From the IMG/VR virus record IMGVR_UViG_3300026762_000001: a stretch of DNA of 55,416 bases. The stretch is one strand, 5' to 3'. Numbering within the stretch: the first letter of the stretch is position 1; each line of letters begins with the position of its first letter. A program made the translations under genes and the position numbers. Of the stretch, positions 48,110 through 55,416 are shown in pieces. The stretch comes from an uncultured virus (IMG/VR IMGVR_UViG_3300026762_000001). Lineage: Fuselloviridae. The notes under the pieces were generated by a model. It was not told the DNA's origin and searched no databases. It worked only from the letters and a program-made list of their open reading frames with translations.

Positions 48110-49440
48110 CTAATAAAACCGTAGCTTGCACCCCTTAAAAACTCTGACAATTTTTTATACACATCGTCTAGCGTATATTTTGCTACAGAATTAAATTGTC
48201 TTATCCTTGCCATAGCATCACTATCATATATTTTTACTTTTTCACAGACGTTTATATCAACTGGTAGCTTATAAAGTTGGGAGTTAAGGGTGCGGAAAAC
48301 CTCGCCAGATGGATAGCCCCATGTAGAAAGTTTAAATATTTCTTTATCAAAATTTCTCTTAGTGACGCTAATGACGCTCCTCCCCAGCTCGATTGAGGGC
48401 TTAATGGGACTGAGGGAGGAGCAACCAGTATCTCCCCCTTCTTTCAAGGGACTAGAGCTCGGCAATGAAAGTCCCCTTTGTGGGGGATACCCCAATGCTA
48501 AATGGGAGTGGTTCTCTGAGCCACTCGACTGCCCACCAAATGAGGGATGTAGCCCCGAACCGATGGTGGGAACGATGAACCCCTTGGGAGGGAACCCTCG
48601 CCCTTCCAGGGTGGGGAGGAAGTCAGTTATGTCCGAATAATGCTTCAATGCAAACACACAGTCACCCCATTTGATACCGTTATGATAGACTGAACCAGTT
48701 AGTATGCCACAATATGGTTCATGTACACATCTGGTTTCAGTAAACCTTGAAGACCATGAAGGGGAACCTACTTTATATATATGTGCTATCTCTATAGTTG
48801 GATATATATCTATCGTATATCCCAGCCTAGCCGCGGAAATTGTCAGATCGAAACTTTCTTTACCCCAATATTCGGCTAAGGTCAGTTTTCCCTGTGCTTG
48901 AATTAATGCCTCAATAACTTCACGACTTAACGCGTATGAAGGTTCTGTAGTCATGACAGTTTTGTTAGTCATTGTAGAGTATATATATGCCCATCTCCAC
49001 GTGTCCCTATCTAAAAATGAACTAAGGGTGTATCTATTCCTATCTATCATGGGAGGAATAATATACTTTAAAATGTCCTTCATAGGACCGTCATATATCT
49101 CCGCTAAAACGATTTTAGGATGACCTATCTTACTATTGCAGATCTTCAAGTAATCGTCGGAAATAATAATCATATGTGAATCCATGAAAATAAGACAGTC
49201 ATATTTATTATAGTATGCGTAGAGACCAGCGGCGTTCCTAGCTTTACCTACACCATGACCTTGGACGCGAGTCTGATAGACTTTCGTAGGGACTGAAAGT
49301 ATAGGGGAATTTTCATCTGTAACTATAAGGATGTCGACATCTTTACCTAATTTCTCTCTTATTGACAAAAGAGTAGTGTCAAGATAATATTTATCATCAG
49401 ATACATGATAAGGAATTCCCACTAAAATACTTGAAACCAC
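48106..49440 (-). CDS. GT-A (family 2) glycosyltransferase carrying an in-frame MITE
   Basis: GVGKARN, IFMDSH, WGKESFDL and AHIY motifs; 118 codons derive from the MITE. Confidence 0.8.
   Translation of the reverse strand: MVSSILVGIPYHVSDDKYYLDTTLLSIREKLGKDVDILIVTDENSPILSVPTKVYQTRVQGHGVGKARNAAGLYAYYNKYDCLIFMDSHMIIISDDYLKICNSKIGHPKIVLAEIYDGPMKDILKYIIPPMIDRNRYTLSSFLDRDTWRWAYIYSTMTNKTVMTTEPSYALSREVIEALIQAQGKLTLAEYWGKESFDLTISAARLGYTIDIYPTIEIAHIYKVGSPSWSSRFTETRCVHEPYCGILTGSVYHNGIKWGDCVFALKHYSDITDFLPTLEGRGFPPKGFIVPTIGSGLHPSFGGQSSGSENHSHLALGYPPQRGLSLPSSSPLKEGGDTGCSSLSPIKPSIELGRSVISVTKRNFDKEIFKLSTWGYPSGEVFRTLNSQLYKLPVDINVCEKVKIYDSDAMARIRQFNSVAKYTLDDVYKKLSEFLRGASYGFIS
48273..48626 (+). mobile_element. 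IS200/IS605-derived MITE, type 2 (354 bp)
   Basis: TTAT|AAAGTTGGGAGTTAAG...GAAGTCAG; homolog of 25468-25832. Confidence 0.85.
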
Positions 49441-49480
49441 AAAACTAAATTTTTTAACAGGGGTTTAAAATAGTTTCTAC

Positions 49481-50440
49481 ATGGAACGGTTCAAAATTAA
49501 AATCATAACACAACCCTCGTTTATCTCCTTTAATTTTATAACACAAAAATGGGTTCATTATATGAACTTAAGAGACGATGTGGTCGCCACAATGTACTAC
49601 TTTACAGATAATTATTACAAAGAGACAGATGTAACAATATTGCACGAAGCAGTCGCTGTGCTGGAAAATTTCAAACCAGATAAACAAAGAGATGGTGTAA
49701 TAGTTTGTGCAGAAATCTCGGATACTGATAGAGTATCTGATAAAATGGCAACAGTATTAAATGAAAATTGTGACCTGGTAATAACACCGACTGAATTCTC
49801 CGCATGGGGACTTAAAAGGGGTGGTGTTTACGTCCCTATTCACGTCATTCCTCATGGGTGTGACCTACCATTGATCGAAAGAACCGATAAAAAGTTAGGA
49901 TTTTATATATCGATTACAAACGAGCAATTTGTACGAAAAGGTTCATATATAGCATTAGAAGTCATTAACAAAATAAATTACCCTAAAGTCGTAAAGATAT
50001 TCCCAGACTCTTTAGATTTTAAGATACCAAATGCTGAAATTTTAGGCAAATTAGAAAACATGTTAGACTTTTACAAAAAAATAGCGATTTATGTACTGCC
50101 GATATTAGGCGGTGCATTTGAGTTGACTGCTCTGGAGGCATTGTTCACTGGGGCAATCGTAATAACTACTGATCATCCTATCTTTTCACAACTGCCTACA
50201 ATCACGGTAAAAAGTATATATACAAATAGAATCTTGTTACCACCTCATCTACTAGAATACCATATAGGAGGTGGATATATCCCAGTTATGGAAGATCTCA
50301 TAGACAAAATAAACTATGTATATCAGAATTATGAAAAAGAGATGAACAGACTTAAAAAATTACTTCCGAAATTACGTAAGGTATATCACTGGCAAAACGT
50401 CATTGAAAAAATGGTAAAATTATTAAATGACTACGCGTAG
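49481..50440 (+). CDS. GT-B (family 4-like) glycosyltransferase
   Basis: VIPHG, RKG and GGAFELTALEAL..G..VI motifs. Confidence 0.85.
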   Translation: MERFKIKIITQPSFISFNFITQKWVHYMNLRDDVVATMYYFTDNYYKETDVTILHEAVAVLENFKPDKQRDGVIVCAEISDTDRVSDKMATVLNENCDLVITPTEFSAWGLKRGGVYVPIHVIPHGCDLPLIERTDKKLGFYISITNEQFVRKGSYIALEVINKINYPKVVKIFPDSLDFKIPNAEILGKLENMLDFYKKIAIYVLPILGGAFELTALEALFTGAIVITTDHPIFSQLPTITVKSIYTNRILLPPHLLEYHIGGGYIPVMEDLIDKINYVYQNYEKEMNRLKKLLPKLRKVYHWQNVIEKMVKLLNDYA

Positions 50441-51171
50441 CCAAAGTCAATTATTACTGCAGACGGATTGGTTACGTAACTTTGTATCTGTGGCGGGACT
50501 ATACCTAAAGTCATAGCCGTATTATAGGTTATGGCTAATGGTGCAGCCATGTTTCCTGGTATAGAGAGGACTTTCGCTATTTGTTGTAATTGAGGATTAG
50601 CTGCAAGTGACGATATAATTTGATTGACTAGTGGTAAATTATCCGATACAACTGCTTGATATAATTGCGTAAATAAAGACTTATTACCCCTTATTATATC
50701 CCTAAGGACTCCAGCAGTTAATGTTACAGTTTGAGTGCCATAAGAAGCATAATAAGCGGTTGACTCCATTTTCATCTCTGCTGATACACTAGTCGGTACA
50801 ACTTGAACCGTATAAATGCTGTTAGGCGTCAATAGACCTTGAGAAATTTTTTGTTGAGCAACATTTATTGGAAACGGAATAAGCACCAATATACCATTTG
50901 GTGTTTGTACAGCAACCCACCAGCTATCTCCTATTTGTAACTGTGGAGGAGATGGAACTATAGTAACTGGCAAGCCAGCGAAATTAGCTAAATATGAACC
51001 GCTTTGTACAGTAAATGTCGGTAAGGATGGAGCAGACACTGGAGTTGGAGTTGGCGGAGGTACTTGAAGTGCTTGCTGCTTAAATACAAATTTGGTTAAT
51101 ATGAACCATGCTATTACTGCAGCAGCCACAATCCCAAGGATGACATATATCCATTTCTTATCTATATCCAT
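50431..51171 (-). CDS. Membrane-anchored protein with Pro/Thr linker
   Basis: N-terminal transmembrane segment and PPPTPTP. Confidence 0.7.
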   Translation of the reverse strand: MDIDKKWIYVILGIVAAAVIAWFILTKFVFKQQALQVPPPTPTPVSAPSLPTFTVQSGSYLANFAGLPVTIVPSPPQLQIGDSWWVAVQTPNGILVLIPFPINVAQQKISQGLLTPNSIYTVQVVPTSVSAEMKMESTAYYASYGTQTVTLTAGVLRDIIRGNKSLFTQLYQAVVSDNLPLVNQIISSLAANPQLQQIAKVLSIPGNMAAPLAITYNTAMTLGIVPPQIQSYVTNPSAVIIDFGYA

Positions 51172-51228
51172 TTTCCCTCAACTAAAATGTCAGTTAAAAA
51201 AATAAAAATCTTATCCCGTTCTGAAACC

Positions 51229-51642
51229 CTACCTTAAAAATACCAAAACAGTAATAATAACAAGAATTATTATCACTATTATCAGAATTAAAGTTAGATT
51301 TGTAGATGAGGGAGGAGGAGGAACATTTCCAGAAATTTGACCAGTGTAACAAACATAAGCGTCTGCAGTGCATGCCGAAACTGTGGATGGGAGTCTAGCA
51401 AAAACTTCTACAAGCTGATCTGAAGATAACGATATATTCACTGACTGTCCTTGCAAAAACTCAGCTACAACGCTCTTATTAACTTCAACTACAAATGTTG
51501 CACTACAGGTTGAAGCACCCGTAAATGTTGCCACGCCAGAAGTCATAGTTTTAAATTGCAAAATGGGGGCGAGACAATTACCTAACAAACATGAGGAGGA
51601 TGTTGTACCTTGAAGGGAAGTCCCAGGGCATGCAGACAACAA
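51229..51642 (-). CDS. Cys-rich membrane-anchored protein
   Basis: C-terminal transmembrane segment after PPPP. Confidence 0.7.
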   Translation of the reverse strand: MLSACPGTSLQGTTSSSCLLGNCLAPILQFKTMTSGVATFTGASTCSATFVVEVNKSVVAEFLQGQSVNISLSSDQLVEVFARLPSTVSACTADAYVCYTGQISGNVPPPPSSTNLTLILIIVIIILVIITVLVFLR

Positions 51643-51694
51643 CTACACCTACAAGTACTTAACTTTTTAAAAAAATAAAAACGTGAAGAGCGAG

Positions 51695-52222
51695 TTAACA
51701 AGCACTCCCTATGAATTTTTGTGAGTTTGATGTCGGTACAGTAGCTAACGGATTCCCTGTTGTAGGTGTCACAGACACGGTATACTGGGTTCCATTGATT
51801 ACAAATACTAGTGATGTTATTTGTCCTGGAGGGCTACAGCTCAAATGGTTACACGGCAAGCAATCATCTAACCAGATAGTATTTGTTCCTTGAGTTACTG
51901 TATAGCTTCCATTCCACGAGTATGTTGACCCATTAGAATAAACAGTATTTACTTGTGTTAATGTTCCAGTAATACCAGAATTGAAAGTTATCATACCCCA
52001 ACAATATGCGTCCGTACAACCACTTGGTATTATAAAGGATGTTACTTGTATTCCAGAAGGTGTTGGTGATGGTGTTGGCGATAATATTGGAGAAGGTGTT
52101 GGAGTTGGTGACACAACACTGGTTGTCTTTCTGGTTAAGAGTAGGAAGATCAATATAATTATTACAATAAATATAACGAAAATTAATATTAACTCTGTTC
52201 TGCTTGGTCTAGATTCCGCCAT
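51695..52222 (-). CDS. Membrane-anchored protein with PT/PS linker and Cys-containing domain
   Basis: N-terminal transmembrane segment. Confidence 0.7.
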   Translation of the reverse strand: MAESRPSRTELILIFVIFIVIIILIFLLLTRKTTSVVSPTPTPSPILSPTPSPTPSGIQVTSFIIPSGCTDAYCWGMITFNSGITGTLTQVNTVYSNGSTYSWNGSYTVTQGTNTIWLDDCLPCNHLSCSPPGQITSLVFVINGTQYTVSVTPTTGNPLATVPTSNSQKFIGSAC

Positions 52223-52276
52223 AACACCTCATCATAAACATAACGGAAAAATATAAAAATTTTTAGGTACTAAAAA

Positions 52277-52750
52277 ATGTGGGAAAGGATGAGTAGCACT
52301 AATTGTTCATGTGCCAATGGGGCAACATGTCAAGGCTCGCCAGCATGCTGTAGATTCTCAATCGGCTTTCAATTTCTTGGAGGAGGTACAAGAATAATGA
52401 CTTATATTGTACAAATATCTGGTACTTATAATATATCTGGGACAACAGTCAGCGGAAATCCGCCATCGAGTTTTGTAATCTTCCTAAATGGAACTAAAGT
52501 AGCTTCTTTTAATGGTTCTGGAGGATCTGCTAGTGTTTCCGCTAATGCAGGAGACGTTATCACAGTAAGTGTAAATTGGGGGCCATTCTATCAAGGAGGT
52601 ACAGTAGAGGTATGTATTATGAGTCCAACTCCTACTCCGATCCCATCATCACCACCCCCAAGTATTCCATCAACAATGTTGTTAATAATATTCGCATTAA
52701 TCTTTGCTATTGTTCTGATAATATTCCTATACTTATACATTAGAAGCTGA
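52277..52750 (+). CDS. Cys-rich membrane-anchored protein, paralog of 47566-48027
   Basis: Shared motifs and C-terminal transmembrane segment. Confidence 0.75.
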   Translation: MWERMSSTNCSCANGATCQGSPACCRFSIGFQFLGGGTRIMTYIVQISGTYNISGTTVSGNPPSSFVIFLNGTKVASFNGSGGSASVSANAGDVITVSVNWGPFYQGGTVEVCIMSPTPTPIPSSPPPSIPSTMLLIIFALIFAIVLIIFLYLYIRS

Positions 52751-52804
52751 CTTCCTCCCCGCCCTGAAGGGTGAGGCTTTTCGTACCCTTAACCCCCAAT
52801 TTTT
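52747..52804 (-). mobile_element. 58-bp IS605 mini-element with the MITE-type left end
   Basis: Reverse complement: TTAT|AAAAATTGGGGGTTAAGGG...GGGGAGGAAGTCAG. Confidence 0.8.
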
Positions 52805-52885
52805 ATAACGTCTATCGGAAATGGAAGAGAAAGTAATAAATTCAAATATAATTGTAAAATGACCTGATTATTTGTCAAAGGAGAA

Positions 52886-53179
52886 TTATTCATTACTAAA
52901 TAAATTTTTTAACAAATCTAAAACTAAATTTGCCACTGTATCTACTGCGTCGGCATATTGCTTAACATCTACACCTAAAATCGGCTCTAATTTTATCTTA
53001 ACGTAAACTTCACGTGTTTCTTCATCATATTCTACTGAATCAACAACAGGCGGGGATTTCGTTGATTTACCTACGAGTTCAAGTAAATTCTTAATGTCCT
53101 CTCTTTCGACAAACTCAACAGCTTTAGGTAATGCTTCCAACACAAACTTCTGAAATAGCTCTCCTAGTCCTTCACTCAT
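52886..53179 (-). CDS. Hypothetical protein
   Basis: ORF in the parA operon. Confidence 0.7.
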   Translation of the reverse strand: MSEGLGELFQKFVLEALPKAVEFVEREDIKNLLELVGKSTKSPPVVDSVEYDEETREVYVKIKLEPILGVDVKQYADAVDTVANLVLDLLKNLFSNE

Positions 53180-53182
53180 TTT

Positions 53183-53506
53183 TCATTCCTCATCGTAAAA
53201 TTCTATAGTTATCTTCGCCTTAACTTCCTTTTTGCTCAAGGGCGGTATTTTATCTCCAAAATCTACTCCTATATCTATCGGATTGCCCATAGAATCTGTA
53301 AATCTTACATCGGCTACATAATGAGTTGTTTGACCTTCCTTTAATATGTCCATTACATCCGAGAATATTCTGGAAAGTGCCATTTGAAATGCTAGTGGAT
53401 TAGAGAAGTCTTCTGGCTTTAATTGTATTGCTTTGAAAACTCCCATAACCTCGCCTATTTTGGACTTTCCCTCAAACTCGACCTTTACAGTAGGTTGTTG
53501 ACTCAT
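53183..53506 (-). CDS. Hypothetical protein
   Basis: ORF in the parA operon. Confidence 0.7.
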   Translation of the reverse strand: MSQQPTVKVEFEGKSKIGEVMGVFKAIQLKPEDFSNPLAFQMALSRIFSDVMDILKEGQTTHYVADVRFTDSMGNPIDIGVDFGDKIPPLSKKEVKAKITIEFYDEE

Positions 53507-53525
53507 ATCTACTAACTCCTCATTT

Positions 53526-54374
53526 TTAATATTTTAAGTTTTCCGCTTCTTCTTCTTTCGACGCCATATATTTCTGCAAACGATACAAAAACTCTTGAGC
53601 TACACTGAGAGCTTTCGTATTACTAAGTGACCTAGATATTGACATAGTGTTCTTAGTCTTGATAAGAAACGCAAAACTATCATAATTAAGAATTGCTTGC
53701 CTTCTCGCTATTTCATTAGTAAATACACAAGGAGTATGATGAGGAACTGTCTTTAAAGTATCACAGATGTCATTGAGCATAGATATTGCAGAGGACATTT
53801 CTCTGGAATTCGTAGAATAAATGTTGTTCTTTATAATACCGATAAAGTACGGGACATTTCTAATTTTGTCAAGTAACATTGGCAAAATGAGCCTCAGTTC
53901 TGCGTTCAAAATTCTTATGGACGGTTTTGCTGGTGCAACAATTGAAAAATATGCATCGACATTCCTTAACAATTCTTCAGCGGACACTCTATCAAATGAG
54001 GGTGGAGTATCTATCAATATTATATCATAACCTTCTGGTAAAGCGGAAAGTTTTCTCATTATAGTTTGTTGATCAACGTTAATAAAGGCGTCATGCTCCA
54101 TAGGAATTAAATCTAGGTTATCCATAATGTTGATCGGTCTCGCACGTAAGTTTGGTATCGAAGAAAATCTTCCTATACCGTAATATTCTTCACTAAAAAT
54201 TGAATAAATAGAAAGTGAATCACCTAAAATTCTATATGATAAGTCTGCTTGTAAGTCCGTATCAACCAACAATACTTTTTTCTTAAATTCGGTAGCAAAT
54301 GCCAGACCTAATAAAAGAACTAATGCGGTCTTTCCTACTCCTCCTTTTATAGTTAATACAGCTATCTTCATCAC
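53526..54374 (-). CDS. parA: ParA/MinD-family ATPase
   Basis: Deviant Walker A KGGVGKT, LLVDTDLQA and YDIILIDTPP. Confidence 0.88.
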   Translation of the reverse strand: MMKIAVLTIKGGVGKTALVLLLGLAFATEFKKKVLLVDTDLQADLSYRILGDSLSIYSIFSEEYYGIGRFSSIPNLRARPINIMDNLDLIPMEHDAFINVDQQTIMRKLSALPEGYDIILIDTPPSFDRVSAEELLRNVDAYFSIVAPAKPSIRILNAELRLILPMLLDKIRNVPYFIGIIKNNIYSTNSREMSSAISMLNDICDTLKTVPHHTPCVFTNEIARRQAILNYDSFAFLIKTKNTMSISRSLSNTKALSVAQEFLYRLQKYMASKEEEAENLKY

Positions 54375-54459
54375 ACTATAATGATATGAAAGTACTTTTA
54401 AGTTTTTCGCTCCCTTAACCTCCGCTAAATTTAAAAATTAGTCTTTTAGAGATTCACTT

Positions 54460-54930
54460 ATGAATGAGGAATGTATACCAATTATTGAAATACAAAACAA
54501 ATACAGTTTAAATAAAAAGGAACTGTTAGTACTAGCTTCGGAATCTGGAATCTTTCTCACAGAACAAGATAATGAGATATGTGGAAAAAATGAGTTGTTT
54601 TATAAAAATGTAGAGACCTATGTGAAATATAGGAAATATGTAGAGGAAAACAACATTGTAATGATGAATGTGGAACATGCAAAAATATTCGGTATGCTCG
54701 ATTACACTGTAATTATACATTTTGGGAAAGCATTCGTCACAAACAAATATAAGCAGATACGCCAAACAGACTTGAGGTATATAGTAGATAGTAAGGATAG
54801 AGAAAAAGTGATATTGTTTTTTAACAGATATTATCTTGTACCTAATGACGTCTACGAAAAAATACTACTGCAAAAAAGGAAAGACAAAACTAGAACAAAA
54901 ACATTTGTAATAGATATTAATGAAACATAG
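54460..54930 (+). CDS. Hypothetical protein
   Basis: ORF with a leaderless-type promoter. Confidence 0.65.
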   Translation: MNEECIPIIEIQNKYSLNKKELLVLASESGIFLTEQDNEICGKNELFYKNVETYVKYRKYVEENNIVMMNVEHAKIFGMLDYTVIIHFGKAFVTNKYKQIRQTDLRYIVDSKDREKVILFFNRYYLVPNDVYEKILLQKRKDKTRTKTFVIDINET

Positions 54931-55258
54931 ATAATAATATCGAAATTAAACCATCTAATATACTTATTGCTGTTAATATATAGAGCATCGTCCTCGTATT
55001 TGATTTGTTTAACTGCCTTTGCAACTCGTCGATTTTAAGAGAAAGTGTCTCTGTTTTATCATCGATTTTTTCACTAAGCATTTTAATCTGTTCCTCCAAT
55101 AAGAACATTTTGGACATGAGACCAGGTTTAGTGTTTTTACCACCAAACAATATTTCTTCTTGTTTATCTACTTCGTTTTTTAAATTTTGGTACTCAGTTA
55201 TTATCGTCTGCAGTTTTTGCTGAATCTGGTCTAACCTGGCTTCCAACTCTTTATCCAT
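54917..55258 (-). CDS. Coiled-coil protein with C-terminal transmembrane segment
   Basis: Heptad pattern and hydrophobic tail. Confidence 0.7.
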   Translation of the reverse strand: MDKELEARLDQIQQKLQTIITEYQNLKNEVDKQEEILFGGKNTKPGLMSKMFLLEEQIKMLSEKIDDKTETLSLKIDELQRQLNKSNTRTMLYILTAISILDGLISILLSMFH

Positions 55259-55416
55259 ACGTTAGAACTTTGATAATAAAAAAATAAAAATTAATCTAGA
55301 AAGTTAAACCTGCTGGTCCACTCCTTTTTTGCTTTTTTGTTGTTTCTTCCAGTTCTTTTCCAGTTTTTATATAACCAGTTATATGATCTGACATCGATTC
55401 AAAATCGGTACTTTCA

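Noticed and set aside
1..55416. cas genes, tnpA, integrase, DNA polymerase, tRNA or rRNA genes
   Set aside because: No recognisable motifs seen in this window.
1..55416. Assignment to a specific named virus
   Set aside because: Gene content suggests a large Sulfolobales virus, but I cannot confirm its identity without a database search.

Overview
AT-rich window with genes almost all on the - strand, archaeal BRE/TATA promoters and GGTG(A/G) ribosome-binding sites. It is best explained as part of a large Sulfolobales (crenarchaeal) virus or virus-like element, bicaudavirus-like in gene content, though I cannot name it. It carries two MoxR AAA+/VWA pairs, an Alba-like gene, ParA, a glycosylation cluster, two trypsin-like proteases, many Cys/Pro-Thr-rich membrane proteins, one IS200/IS605 tnpB element and many derived MITEs. 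The standout is a TIGR-Tas-like RNA-guided system. A Nop-domain (IS110-related) protein lacking the RuvC nuclease (23996-25027, -) is followed by a 10-unit, 38-nt-period array with two 9-nt variable segments per unit (23613-23994), and two stand-alone mini-arrays with their own promoter lie at ~21.1 kb and ~27.0 kb. Other notable signals: a CRISPR-like mini-array with solitary repeat copies, three copies of a cassette of 11 phased decamers beside an RHH gene, strong ACGT enrichment in the left part, a repeated promoter cassette driving genes that share an N-terminal tag, and IS605-derived mini-elements that swap stop codons or insert in frame. All family calls come from motif recognition by eye; no searches were run.
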